A stretch of DNA of 64,000 nucleotides from Macrostomum lignano (taxonomy: Eukaryota). Shown here in pieces: positions 22,014 to 35,775 of the stretch. A model generated the notes under the pieces. That model ran no database searches. It saw only the letters and a program-made list of their open reading frames with translations, and had not been told where the DNA came from. Both the position numbers and the translations under genes were made by a program. Each line of letters opens with the position of its first letter. The stretch's first letter is position 1. The stretch lies in the NCBI GenBank assembly GCA_002269645.1, contig NIVC01001888.1, positions 136,021 through 200,020 on the forward strand. The letters are read 5' to 3'.

Positions 22014-25000
22014 TCAGTCAGAGCCGCAGCCGAACACTTTGAGGCTGCGGTCAAGCGAGCAGCTGACAATGGACCGGGCGTTGGTGCCGAAGCGCAGTCC
22101 AGTGACGGCGGCGGTGTGGTTGTCCAGCATGCAGAGCTCGTTGAACTGCTTGGTGTGGTACAGCCGGATGTCGCCGCCGCCAGCGGCCAGGTAAGTGCCG
22201 GAGTGATCGAAGGCCAGGGCCCTGGCGTGAGAGCTGGCCGGGCCGGAAGGCTGGCCGGATTCGGAGCCGCCCAGCTGCAGCACCTTGAAGTTCTTGAGCT
22301 TGCGCAGATCCCACAGCCGGACTGTGGAGTCCTCGGCGGCCGTGGCCAGGTAATAGCCGTTCTCAGAGAAGGCAAGCGCCGTCAACGGGGCGGTGTGCTG
22401 CTCAAAGTTCGTTAAGAACTTTTGCTCGCGAAGGTCCCACATTTTGACCTTGAAATTGGAATTCGTATAAGATAATTGTATTATTCATAACCGTGGGGTC
22501 TGATCAAGCCGAGTGGAGACAGATTAGAGATGGGAGGGGAATGCAGACACAGATTAGAGATGGGAGGGGAGTGCAGACACAGATTAGAGATGGGAGGGGA
22601 GTGCAGACACAGATTAGAGATGGGAGGGGAGTGCAGACACAGATTAGAGATAGGAGGGGAATGCAGACACAGATTAGAGATGGGAGGGGAATGCAGACAC
22701 AGATTAGAGATGGGAGGGGAATGCAGACACAGATTAGAGATGGGAGGGGAATGCAGACACAGATTAGAGATGGGAGGGGAATGCAGACACAGATTAGAGA
22801 TGGGAGGGGAATGCAGACACAGATTAGAGATGGGAGGGGAATGCAGACACAGATTAGAGATGGGAGGGGAGTGCAGACACAGATTAGAGATGGGAGGGGA
22901 GTGCAGACACAGATTAGAGATGGGAGGGGAGTGCAGACACAGATTAGAGATGGGAGGGGAGTGCAGACACAGATTAGAGATGGGAGGGGAATGCAGACAC
23001 AGATTAGAGATGGGAGGGGAATGCAGACACAGATTAGAGATGGGAGGGGAGTGCAGACACAGATTAGAGATGGGAGGGGAATGCAGACACAGATTAGAGA
23101 TGGGAGGGGAATGCAGACACAGATTAGAGATGGGAGGGGAGTGCAGACACAGATTAGAGATGGGAGGGGAATGCAGACACAGATTAGAGATGGGAGGGGA
23201 ATGCAGACACAGATTAGAGATGGGAGGGGAGTGCAGACACAGATTAGAGATGGGAGGGGAATGCAGACGCACAGAGCGGAGGGGAGGGGAATTCAGACAC
23301 ACAGAGCGGAGGGGAGGGGAATGCAGACACACAGAGCGGAGGGGAGGGGAATGCAGACACACAGAGCGGAGGGGAGGGGAATTCAGACACACAGAGCGGA
23401 GGGGAGGGGAATGCAGACACACAGAGCGGAGGGGAGGGGAATGCAGACACACAGAGCGGAGGGGAGGGGAATGCAGACACACAGAGCGGAGGGGAGGGGA
23501 ATGCAGACACACAGAGCGGAGGGGAGGGGAATGCAGACACACAGAGCGGAGGGGAGGGGAATGCAGACACACAGAGCGGAGGGGAGGGGAATGCAGACAC
23601 ACAGAGCGGAGACGGGAGGGGAATGCAGACACACAGAGCGGAGGGGAGGGGAATGCAGACACACAGAGCGGAGACGGGAGGGGAATGCAGACACACAGAG
23701 CGGAGGGGAGGGGAATGCAGACACACAGAGCGGAGGGGAGGGGAATGCAGACACACAGAGCGGAGGGGAGGGGAATGCAGACACACAGAGCGGAGGGGAG
23801 GGGATTGCAGGCCAACAACACTAGCGGATCAGTGCCTGCAACGCCCCTAATGGAATGGAACAATCAGATCCAATAAGACGCACCTGCGCATCCTGGGTGC
23901 CGGTGGCGGCAATCATGCCGTCCGGATGCAGCTGGGCGCAGGTGAGCGGCTGCTGTCCGGCCGGATCGGCCACTCGGACCAGCAGGCGGCCGGCGCGGAT
24001 GTCGGCAAATGCCCAAGTGCCGTCGCGCGAGCCGGACAGCAGGAAGTCGCCAGTCGGATGAACGGAGAGGGCGGTGACGGCGTCCTCGTGGGCGCGCAGC
24101 TGGAATTAGGCGGGGAAATTGAAGGTAAAAAATGCACACGCGAGACAAGTGATTAATGCATATGCATTTGGCATAGAGGCAATGATGATCAGGGAGAAAA
24201 TAGCAACCGACAGCTCAGCCGCAGCTATTGCGCAGCGCATCTGAAGGCTGCATACGGCTGTTCAGTCCAAGGTCTGGGGGGTCGCCACACACACATTCAA
24301 TTACCCCAACTAAAGCTGGCACCATTTTACAGCTGGATGAACTGAAGCAATGCAGAGTTAAAGTGTCTCGCTCAAGGACACAAATTGTTCCAGTGAGATC
24401 AGGAATCGAACCCCCGACCTTCAAGTCGTGAGCCCGACGCTCTAACCGCTAGGCTACAACCCCTCCCAAACCAAAAACCAAAAAGAAATCATCATTAGAA
24501 TACAAACCTGGGTGCGCACCGCCGCAGTGCGCGGATCCCACACTAGCACTAGAGAGTCCTGACCGCCGGTGAACACTAGATCCTCCTCGTAGGGGTGATA
24601 GGCCACCGAGGTGACCTTCTTAGTGTGTCCGTGCAGCACGCAGACCAGCTGTTGCGCATCTGTGTTGAACACCGCGGCAGTTTTATCGTTGCCGCCGGTG
24701 ACAACCCGGGCTGGATTGGCCAGGAAGGCGTCCAGACAGAGGATCCCCGGATTAGAGGCCGAGTGCAGGCCGATGTGGCTGGCCAGCTGCCTGTAGGCCG
24801 ACACCAACTCCACTGAGCACAGGCCTTCGGGCGCCGATTTGCCTCGCTGCTTGCGCTGCGCAGTGAGCTCCTTGGCCTTCTGCTCCAGTCGGCCCGTGAC
24901 AGCGTCTGACATGCCGGATGGTTCCTCTAGTGCGGCCGCTGCGGCAACCGCGGCCGTGGCCTGCTGGGCATCGCCGGCAGCGTGCTCCGGCGTCGGCGGC

Positions 25001-26327
25001 GGGTGCTGCGGTGTGGCTGCGGCCGAGCCCATCGGCTGTTGGGTCGTCTGCGGCTTCAACGTGGCGAGCGCCTCGCGAGCGGCCGTGACCTCCTTGGTGA
25101 GGCGGGCGATAACGCGACAGGCGGCGTCGTGCTGAGTTGTGCGAGCGCGTGTGGGAGAGGGGTGTGAGATAGTGAGGAATAAAGTGGACTGTATGCTCGT
25201 ATATCCGAAATATCCCTAAATCCAAATTTTAGAGTTAATATGTTTCATTTTTATTTCAAATCTAATTCTGCATTCCAGAATTTATGATCGTCTTGTTAAT
25301 AATCCAGATTTCAGGCGCCAGATCCCAGATCCCAGATCTCAGATCCCAGATCCCAGATCTCAGATCCCAGATTTCAGATTTCAGATCTCAGATCCCAGAT
25401 CCTCAGATCCCAGATCCCAGATCTCAGATCCCAGATCTCAGATCCCAGATCTCAGATCCCAGATCTCAGATCCCAGATCTCAGATCCCAGATCTCAGATC
25501 CCAGATCTCAGATCCCAGATCTCAGATCCCAGATCCCAGATCTCAGATCCCAGATCTCAGATCCCAGATCTCAGATCCCAGATCTCAGATCCCAGATCTC
25601 AGATCCCAGATCTCAGATCCCAGATCTCAGATCCCAGATCTCAGATCCCAGATCTCAGATCCCAGATCTCAGATCCCAGATCTCAGATCCCAGATCTCAG
25701 ATCCCAGATCTCAGATCCCAGATCTCAGATCCCAGATCTCAGATCCCAGATCTCAGATCCCAGATCTCAGATCCCAGATCTCAGATCCCAGATCTCAGAT
25801 CCCAGATCTCAGATCCCAGATCTCAGATCCCAGATCTCAGATCCCAGATCTCAGATCCCAGATCTCAGATCCCAGATCTCAGATCCCAGATCTCAGATCC
25901 CAGATCTCAGATCCCAGATCTCAGATCCCAGATCTCAGATCCCAGATCTCAGATCCCAGACCCCAGCTCTCAGTTCCTAAATAAAGATTTATGAAATCAC
26001 CTGGTACATAGTCTGGGACAGCTCCTGTCTGGCTGTCTGCAGTTGCTGCCGCAGAGTGAAGGAATGCAGCATAACGGCATCCCACTCGTCCTGCAGGGCT
26101 TTGAGAATAGCCGGAATGCTGGTGGCGCTGGGCGGTCGCGGCTTGGCAGACGGCGGAACTTTAATGTCAACTAGCTGTTCAACAGTTAGCGGCTCGCCAT
26201 TCATGGGGTCGGTGCCGTTCTCTTGAATGTACTTTTCAATTAGGCGGCGTTCGAACACATGGCCGGACACCTGAGAGACGCAGGGGCTTTCGGGCACCTC
26301 CTGGCATATGCTGCAGGTTAGGGACAT
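22014..26327 (-). CDS. PRPF19: Pre-mRNA processing factor 19 (U-box, coiled coil, WD40), 533 aa; exons 26327-26001, 25131-24508, 24099-23884, 22448-22014
   Basis: U-box ([27 protein letters not shown]) and [21 protein letters not shown], followed by WD40 repeats. All three introns are GT-AG, phase 0, and in frame. Confidence 0.95.
22516..23810. repeat. Two abutting 30-bp minisatellites in PRP19 intron 3
   Basis: cagacacagattagagatgggaggggaatg switches near 23265 to cagacacacagagcggaggggaggggaatg. Confidence 0.95.
24200..24466 (-). mobile_element. tRNA-derived SINE with CORE-like body in PRP19 intron 2
   Basis: A box tagcctagcgg and B box ggttcgattcc, then gtgtccttgagcgagacactttaac...ccagctgtaaaatgg. 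The 3' boundary is uncertain. Confidence 0.75.
25318..25965. repeat. 7-bp (cagatcY) repeat with higher-order structure in PRP19 intron 1
   Basis: Direct periodicity. Confidence 0.95.
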
Positions 26328-26394
26328 TTGCTGTCAGTGGCATGCAAGAGGAAGAAGTTTTTATCTTAGGCATAAAATATTGTGTACCCATGAT

Positions 26395-26670
26395 ATGCCT
26401 GAGCATCTGAGGTGGCCCAGCCTGAGCATCTGAGGTGGCCCAGCCTGAGCATCTGAGGTGATGACCCAAATGGAGGATGTGAGAGAGTGGCCCAGGCTGA
26501 GGATCTGAGAGGATGACCCAACTGGAGGATGTGAGAGGGTGGCCCAGCCTGAGCATCTGAGGTGGCGCTGTCTGAGCATGAGGTGATGACCCAAATGGAG
26601 GATGTGAGAGAGTGGCCCAGGCTAGGATCTGAGAGGATGACCCAACTGGAGGATGTGAGAGGGTGGCCCA
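26395..26670. repeat. Short tandem and direct repeats upstream of PRP19
   Basis: cctgagcatctgaggtggcccag units and two direct repeats of about 115 bp. Confidence 0.8.
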
Positions 26671-27534
26671 ACCAAACCAATCGATGCAAGGGCAGCTCTG
26701 CTTGAAACTTCATTTCACCGAGACTATAATCCAGGCCTTTTCAGAATCAATAAAATGCTGTGAAGCGAGTCTGACTGACTGACTGGGCTACCTGAACCAG
26801 ATGCAAGAGCGTCAGAGTAGAAAGCTGAGGAACATGAGAACACGATACAGTGAATTGGAAAGAGTGGGTGGCTGATGCCGGCCAAAAAATAAGGGGATAG
26901 AAAGTCTGATAGGGAATAGGCCAGCTAGGGAATAGGCTCTCAAACAAGCGCTTTGGGTAGGACGAAATAGAAGGGAGGAGAATAGATGTAGGCAACAGAA
27001 TGGAAGCTTGACGTGGGAGCGATCGTAGCGGACAGAGGCACACCAGGTGTACAGAGGAGGGTGGGTGAAAATCTTTAGATCTAGCATGTAGGCGCTGTTG
27101 GGGTGGTAGTGAGTGAGCATAGAAAAAATGGAGAGAGGGCGGGTGGAGGGCGAGAAGGAACGCAGCACTGGGTGTGCACTAAAGCTTGCTGGTCGCTGAA
27201 CACCCACCCTGGCCTGGACCCCCGCTAATGGAACGCGCTCTCAAATTTGCACACCTATAGAAAAGACTGCTAATACAATCTCGTGTTGGCTCTGCGGTTT
27301 TTTCTCGCACACTCTCCTCTATCTTATTATTTTACAACAATCTCTGGGTAGCCTGCAGACTAGCCAGACATTTAATTATCTTTAAAAAAACTTTGCAGCC
27401 ATATGCTTGCATACCAATGCCTTAAAGATTGAGCTGTGCTCGAGTAAAAAAAAGCGCTAAGTAGCCGGCTCGTTGCGTCTTGTAAAAAGTAGATACAAAT
27501 AGCGGTTTAAACCGGCTAAACTCGACTGGTAGAA

Positions 27535-30429
27535 ATGGAAGACAGCAGCGCCATGGACTTGTCGTTGCCAAGCGGAAGCGATTCGATGCAAAACGTCAGC
27601 AGCAATCAGGAGTCATCCTACATACCAATTAACTGTTTAGGCAAAGGCGCTTTTGGCGAGGCATGGCTCTATAGGTAATTTTTTACTCCCTTTGAATGTG
27701 TAAAAGCTTTATATAGCTATAGATTTAAGCACCATAACCAAACCAAGACTTTCACCAACACAGAAAAACGGAAGAGAACGAAGAGCAGCTAGTGGTTTGG
27801 AAGATGATCAACCTGACCGGACTAGACGAGAGGCGAAGACGAGAAGCGCAAAATGAAATCGACGTATTGCACATGCTCGACCATCCGAACATAGTAGCTT
27901 ATTACAATCATTTCTTTGACGGCAACATACTACTAATAGAGATGGAATACGCCAATGGAGGATCGCTTTATCAGTTTATTGGCCAGTGCAACTCGCTGCT
28001 CAAAGAGGAAACTATAATTTGGTACTTCTTCCAGATGACAATGGCAATTCGGCACATTCACGAAGCCAGCATACTGCACAGGGATATTAAAACATTAAAT
28101 ATCTTCCTGACCAAGGCGGGCTTGATCAAACTGGGCGATTTCGGCATTGCCAAGGTACTGGGCAGCGATGAGATGGCAGAGACGTGCCAGGGCACGCCGT
28201 ACTACATGTCGCCTGAACTAGTACAAGGCAAGCGGTACAACTACAAAAGCGATATTTGGGCGCTCGGCTGTGTGCTATTTGAACTTCTGACTCTAAAGCG
28301 CGCATTCGATGCCACTAATCAACTGAAGTTAGCGCAGAACATTGTGCACACTGAGATTAGCCTATCCCTGGTGGATGAAAGCTATTCGGTCCAGCTGAAG
28401 GCGCTGCTCGGTGCTACACTGAGCAAAGAGCCGGAGGCGCGACCGTCGGCTAGCGAGATTCTAATAAATAAACTTTTTTCGGACGGCGAACGGATGCAGT
28501 CGCGTGTGCGCGAACTTCAACAGCAGAGCCGGCTGGCGAGGCCATCCAGCGCTGGTACCGACACAACGCCAGTAGTTACGTCCAAGACAACTGAAGTATT
28601 CTATTGGGGCGGCGGTAAGCAGACTCCAATAAAGATCGAACAGTTTGAGCGACAGAACAGCGCACTCCAGGTGGCTACGGGTAGTCACCACATGGCGGTA
28701 GTCACAATAGAGCGCGAGGTGTTCACTTGGTGTAACGTGCAGGGCTGCGCTAAACTTTGTGGCCAACTAGGCCATGGTGATCTGGCCTCCTATCGGACAC
28801 CAAAAAAAGTGGAAAAGCTAAACGGAGTGCCAATCGAAGAGGCTCGCTGCGGTGACGAATTCACAGTGCTGCGCACCGTTGAAGGCCAACTGTACGCATG
28901 CGGATCCAACTATCACGGCTGTCTCGGCGTGCCGCGCGAACAGCTAGAAGAGGAGACGGGCGACTCAGATCAGGCCCTAGAGCCTGTGCCCGTCCCTTTC
29001 TTTCTCAACCTGGAGGTGAAACGAGTAGCCTGCGGCGATGCCCATGTGCTGGCGGTGACGCGCCAATCGGAGGTGTTCGCCTGGGGCTGCGGCGAGTTCG
29101 GCCGGCTGGGGCTGAACGGCGAGGACAACTACGACACGCCGCAGCCGGTCAGCCTGCCAGTGAAACGGCAGCTTATAGTCGGCGCTTGCTGCGGCTCGGA
29201 CGGCAGCTTTTTACTAACTGATGGAGGCCGAGTGCTCGCCTGCGGCAGCAATGAGCACAACAAACTCGGCTTTAATAGCGTCGCCAAGGGACTAACAGCA
29301 GCTAATTCTACCTGCAGTTTTGACACTCCATGCGTTCACACGTTCAAGGTGGTGAAACCGCTGACAAAATATCGCGTGCGCCAGTTAAGCTGCGGTCGAT
29401 CGCACACAGCGGCTATCGACGATTGCAACCAGTTGCTCATGTTCGGCTCCAATCGGATGGGCGAACTTGGCCTAGGAGAGATGCGGCACAGAAACGGCGT
29501 ATTTAATATTGGCCGAGCTTGCGGTGGTAAGCGCTTCCTACGAGTGGCCTGCGGTGACGGGTTCACTGTTGCCTGCACAACGGACAATCACATCTATAGC
29601 TGGGGCAGGGCAGACAACGGCCGACTAGGCATTGAACTACAGGCAGCGAGCCTGCTCAATATGAACAAAGCCTCGGCCTCAGCGTGCGTCTCAACGCCGA
29701 GACCAATGTTCGGCTCGCTGCACCTGGTGGCCGATATCTCCAGCCGGCACTGGCACAGCCTCATGATTGCAGAGCGGGTGAGTTTGACGAGTTTGACGTT
29801 GGACAATAAGATTTACAAGTCTGTGAGAGTGCAGGCTGAGGGATCAGTACCTGAAAACCCATAGCCCACTCCCTGCAAACAAACAAGCTAACCGATCCCC
29901 ACACAACTCAAATCAGGTTCTGGAGCAGCGCACAGTCAGACGAGGCGGCGGTCGAACACAAGCCGGCGTGTCGGCATCATCGGCGGCGAGAAGCGCCGGC
30001 TCGACCCTGGATGACTTGTCCTCGCTGCCAGCCGATGACGAGCAGCAGCAAGTATCGTCGGCAAGCCTAGGCGTCACAGATAGCGTCGACGGTGGGAACA
30101 GTGGCGCCAGCAGCGCTAACAGAGGCGCCGGCCTGGATGGAACAGACACCTGCCCTAGCTGGCTGGCAGCCGAGCTGCAGCAGGCGGAGTTCATACCAAT
30201 GGATAACGAAGGTGGAGGAGGATTAGGAGTAGCAGCGGCGGCAGCATCAGACGGCGGCCTTGACGAACAAACACCAGAGCTAACTCCGCGCTGCAATTGC
30301 AACTGCCACTGTCACAGCCTAATTGGCCTAAAGGATCAGGAGATTGCCAGACTACAAGCGGAAGTAGCAAGACTGATGGCGCAGCTTAGCAAAGGAGACG
30401 AAAAAAACAATGGTGGATCAATGGATTGA
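27535..30429 (+). CDS. NEK9: NIMA-related kinase 9 (kinase + RCC1 repeats + coiled coil), 888 aa; exons 27535-27674, 27764-29777, 29917-30429
   Basis: [45 protein letters not shown]1 repeats, and the NEK9-type [17 protein letters not shown] motif. Exon phases are consistent (2667 nt). Confidence 0.93.
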
Positions 30430-31795
30430 GACAATTCTTCTGACACAGTAAAAACACATCACAAATTGATTAGCCTCTAAAACTAGTCTTGAATGTTAAA
30501 TTACTGTTTTAGGGCCTTCCCTCACTAAACTGAAAAGAACTGAAAGTGTTAACATATACTAGCTTTAAAAATGTCTTGGCTTATGTATAAATAAAGCATA
30601 TGTGCCTTATATAACAAAAACCTGTCTGGGATTGTTTATTTATAGAAAAATGTTCACTTGATTAACCTAAAAACACATTAAATTTCATTGATAGATTATA
30701 GAAATTTGCAAGTTAATAACCATTTAATCATAAGCTTTTGTAGTTCTTAATAAAAAGTTAAAACCAAAGGTCAAAACATTTGTGTATAAAAATGTATATT
30801 TTTTATATTGAATAACATTTAAAAATCAAATATTAATCATTTAGTCCAATGCACCAATATTTTAACTGATTAATTCATAATGCATATGAGCAACTCCACA
30901 AGAAGTGGACACCTTCAAAGAAATGGAAATCTCCAGATTACATCTAAACTAATAAAGATATTTAAAAATGGCTATTTTATACTATTTTATAAGAAATATC
31001 TATACATAAAAAGCCGATTTATGATTCTAGATTGATTGATTGCTAATTGCCAAATAAGGGTCTTATAGCATTATATGTACATTAGTTAAAATTAGCACAA
31101 AATTTAAGCAAAAATTTTATGACTTTGACAAACTATTATTATTCATTATTTCTAGCCTTTGTCTTTAAATGTTAGCAAAAGAACAATGAAGATCTCTCCT
31201 ATTGAATTGAATGCATTGGAGATAAAGCTAAAATATAACTGAATTTTAAAAAATTCAATTTGTTGAAAATTGAGGAACAAATCCAGTATGACCAGGATGC
31301 TACAACCAAGATATTAGAAAAATAATATCATAGTAATCAAAGACTTAAAAATGATTATCTGTCTTTCTAAAACAATTTAATTGATTGTTTATGCTATAAA
31401 TCTTTAATATTTTTTATCAATAAACTTGATATATTTAGTAACATAAAAGTAAAAAAACTATTTAACAGTAGGAATACCAAGCTATTTTTCTGACCATCAA
31501 ACTACCAAGAGGAAGAAACCCCCCCTGACAATTTTTTGCTGCACTAGAATGGAGCACTGCAGGCACATGAAACTAAAGAACATGGGTTAACTTTTTTGTT
31601 GCACACCTTCTCAAACAAGAATCAAGTTTCCAGCCCTCCAGACCATCAAGATATTTGACAATACTGCCAGAAGTTTGGACTTTTCCCATAAGCGCTAGTG
31701 TATTCAGTATACCCATGTGTGCCAATCAGCACTGCGCCTCAGTGCAACCTTGCCAGACCTCCAAATTTCATTAGCACATCAAACACGTGTGTCTA

Positions 31796-32566
31796 CATCA
31801 GCTCTGACTTTGTTGGTAACTGGCCTTCACCCAGGTGGAGTTTCTGGACCTTCAACAGGTAATACCAGGTCACTATGGGCATGCTGATACAAATTTCTCA
31901 AGTTCCGCTGATCAAGCCTCAATAGTAGACAAGCCTTAACTGCTGGACATCTTCAGCTAGTCTCTCAAGCATTAAGTCATCACCTTGATGCTGTTGCCAA
32001 CATCACCTTCAACAGATTACACTTGGTGACTATAAGCACCCTGATGCAATGCGAATTTCTCTAGTTTCATTGATGAAGCCTTGATAGTAGGCAAAAATCT
32101 ACTGCTGGATATCCTTAGCTAGTCTCTTGAGCATTCAGTCATCATCCCAATGCTATCAGCACCTTCAATAGATAATACCAGGTGACTATGGACCTCTTAT
32201 TACAACTATGTCAGGTTTTTCTTATCAAGCTTCAATAATAGGCAAAACTCAACTGCCAGATATCCTCAGCTAGTCTCTCAAGCATTCTGTCATCACCCTG
32301 ACACTATCAGTACCTTCAACAGAATATACCAAATGACTATAAGCCTGGTTTCATCTGTTAAAGGTGCTGACAGCATTGGGGTGATAACTTAATGCTTGAG
32401 AGACTAGCTGAGGATGTCCAGCAGTTGAGGCTTGCCCACTGTTGAGGCTTGATCAGCAAAACTAGAGAAATTCATAGAGTGTTCATAGTCACCTGGTGCC
32501 ACCTGTTGAAGGTCCAGAAGCTCCATCTTAGTGAAGACCAGTGATCAACAAAGTCAGAGCTTATTG
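31796..32566. mobile_element. Old foldback/TIR element with internal subrepeats of about 140 bp
   Basis: 31800-32016 and 32348-32566 are imperfect inverted copies, with two further direct subunits between them. Confidence 0.65.
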
Positions 32567-33130
32567 CTAAGCTACCAAGTTGTTGCAGGGCTAAACTTCT
32601 CTTTTTAAATCTTAATTGCTATCACCAAATTATAATAGTGCTTTCTGTTCTATCTTCTAAAATATTTAAGTGATCCTACCAATGTTGCTGCAGGCCTTTC
32701 AGCTGTTTGTATAATTATATCTATCAAAAGTTATAATAGAGATTACTTCTACCATAATAAAAACCCTATTAATGTCATTATAGTTATGGTAGATTATAGT
32801 TCATCTCTGGGTGTAGGTCTTAAGAATACTAAGTATTAGACTAAGTATAGGTCTAAGTATTAGTCTGAGTATATATCTGAGTATATTTCTTATTCCTTAC
32901 TAGTAGCATTTTTATTCTGTAATAGTAGTGTACTAGTATTATTAGTAGGCCTGAGTGGTATATTACTATTACCAGTATGTTATAATGTTATAAGAATAGT
33001 ACAATATTAGAACTTAGCTAAAAGCTTAAATAAATATAGTTTTTTTTACTTTAGTCAATAGATACTAGAATCTTAGGCTCTTATACTGAAATAGATGGGG
33101 GTTTTCTCGGGTGGCCTGGTAGGTCTTTGA

Positions 33131-34117
33131 ATCCCACCGCTGCCACCAGTGAAGTGCTTTGCTATTTGCTTCCCGGATTAGGCCCTTGCAGATTACCTTA
33201 AACCTTGAGCCTCTTCAGTGGGAAGTTCTCTCAACTCTCAGTAGCGTAGGTAGTGCTGCCACCAGTTCCTTCAGGTCTCGGCCTTCGATGAGGTGAGCTT
33301 CCCGTCGGAACAAAATAAACAAGTCAACGAACTCAGCACAGCATGCAGATTTGCAGATTAATGAACAAGGCGTCCTGATCAGCAGGTCCCCGCTGGGCTC
33401 AGGGGTGGCTGGGAAGGCAGTGTTAGCCTCCCTTAGGCTTGGGCTTTAGCGGGGTCTGTCAGACCAGTACAAACAGATTCAGTACGCAAAGGGCAGTTAG
33501 TTAGACACTGATGCACACGGGATCTTAGTGAATTCTCTGCAGATAAGAAGCCAATTCCTTGACGGAAACAAGGGGAGAGGGGTCCTATTTATAGCCGGGA
33601 AACACCCACGCACAAGACCTTGTGACTTGTTCTATTTTTAGAACTGATGTCATTTGAGATCTCGAGGCAGGGTCTCAGTGTGCACAAGACCTCGTGACTC
33701 GTTCTATTTTTAGAACTGACGTCACTTGAGGTCTCCGGCCAGAGTACACGTGGCTGTGACTCAGTTGTTATTTTTAGCAACATGAGTCACTCCTCTCCTT
33801 AGAGAAGGGAGGGGTCCGAAAGCATGTGATTTTCCTGGTAATGTTTACTGCACTTTAGGACTCGAAGAACGCAGAGTCTGTCATGTGACTTGCTCACATG
33901 ACAGAGGACAACGGGACGGGAACAAAACAGAGACAGCCCACAGCAGAGAAGCTGAGGGCTGAGAACAGAGACGCAGAAGGGCAGAACAGGCCAAGGGCAG
34001 CAACAGACGGGCCAAGGGGGGCGGGAAGCTGACCAGCGGCAGACAGCAACCCAGGGCGAGGGCGAGGGAGACTGCTGACAAAGTGGGATGCCTAACACCA
34101 ACTAGCGGATCACTACA
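33131..34117 (-). mobile_element. 5' LTR (34117-33150) plus tRNA-Leu PBS (33148-33131) of a truncated LTR retrotransposon
   Basis: LTR ends TGTAGTG...CACTTCA with TATAAATA near 33590. The PBS TGGTGGCAGCGGTGGGAT is complementary to the tRNA-Leu(AAG/TAG) 3' end plus CCA. No gag/pol follows. Confidence 0.75.
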
Positions 34118-34964
34118 ATACCCTAGCTTAAAATTTCTAATTGCGCCTTTCTGTATTATCCCTGTCTTGCCCTAATTTTTATTGCCTCTTGGAATTTTAG
34201 CCTAAAGCTACCATGTAAATTTCAGTAGACTGGCTAATGTACATTATTGCTAAACCAATTAGCAAAAGTAAATTGTTTACACTTACAAGCTTGGCTTCTA
34301 AACTTATTTAAGTAGTTTATCTGTCTTTATTTTTATAAAATGGCCTATGCATTCTTATTTGCTACTGAACAAAAAGTAGAAAATTGTTTTACTAAGTATA
34401 TATGCCTAAGTGGCCTATTTAATCATTTTAGTTAGTATTTGTACTTTAGTTTAATAACTGATAATAATAAGCTACCTATTAGTATATCAGATATCTAAGG
34501 AAATAAAACATTTGGGTACTAACCAATTTGGTGCCAAACAAATTTGGCAATAGAGATATTTATACATGTGTAACCTTGAGTTTTGGAAATTAGGGAATAT
34601 AATCCTGGGATCCTAAGATCCTGAAATCCTGGGATTAGGCCCAAAGGATTGACCACCAGGATCCCAATCTTGGTTTGCAATAACTTAATCATTCATTGTT
34701 GAGTAATAGTATCTATAGCTGAGCTAATATTAGGTGAAAATCATAACCCAGTTGTCCTGCTTTGATTTAATAATCTTTTAAACATGTAGGCTAATGAGAA
34801 GGCTAATGCTGCAGGGATAAAAAACTGAAGCTATTGGGAGATTGTAGGAGAATTCAGGTATAAAATGTATATGCAACTCTGTGCATATGGTACTTGCAGA
34901 CTAGGAGAATTCAGGTATAAAATGTATATGCAACTCTGTACATATGGTACTTGCAGACTAATCT

Positions 34965-35695
34965 AATCTAAATATACTAATTACAAGCTGTTGAAACCCG
35001 CGGATTTTGAACCCGGGGAATTCTAATCTCCGGAACTACTTTTGCATGTATTCTGAAATCTAAGGCCATACACAAACAAATTAATAGTAGGATAGAGGTA
35101 GACATAAAATGGAGCACATTCGTGTAAAATTAGGGTTTGAGGCAAACGTTGATATTGTTGGCTGGGGTACTGCGCAAAATGTCAGGCAATGTCTGTCTGA
35201 CTCTAAAACATATATTGCTAAACTCTGGTCTCTCCCTGACTCTCCCTACATCCCTTGGATCCTTTAAAATTTCTATCGTCTCTTTGTTTCCTTTCTTCTC
35301 TCTCATCCCTCGTCTCTCCTCTCTCTTCTCTCCTCTCTCCTCTCTTCTCTTGTATCTTCCCTCATCTCTCTTCTGTTTCATCTCTCTTCCCTATTCTTTT
35401 CTCTCTCCTCTCCTCTCTCCTTTCTACTTTTCGTTTTCTCTCTGCTCTTCTCTCTCCTCTCTACTCTTTCGTTTTCTCTCTCCTCTCCTCTCTCCTCTCT
35501 CCCCCTCTTCTCTCATCTCTTCCCTCACATCTTTCCTCTCTCTCTTTCCACTCATCTCTTTTCTTGTTTTATATCTTCTCTCTCCCCTCGTCGCCCGTCT
35601 CTTCCCTCACCTCTCTTCTCTCTCGTCTGCTCTTTCATCTCTCCTTTCTCTTCTTTTATCTTTTCTCTTATCTCTTCTCGTTTCTATCTGCTCTG

Positions 35696-35775
<80 letters not shown>

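Noticed and set aside
22481-23876. ORFs of 440-460 aa in PRP19 intron 3
   Set aside because: Stop-free 30-bp repeats lying inside a well-supported intron.
24362-24466. tRNA gene (also 20860-20921)
   Set aside because: A and B boxes are present, but there is no complete cloverleaf and the sequence continues into a SINE body.
25284-25994. RSQIPDL repeat ORF
   Set aside because: Heptamer repeat in PRP19 intron 1, antisense to the gene.
33421-34097. Alternative LTR boundaries TGTTAG...CTAACA
   Set aside because: No TSD and no adjacent PBS. The 33150-34117 boundaries fit the PBS exactly.
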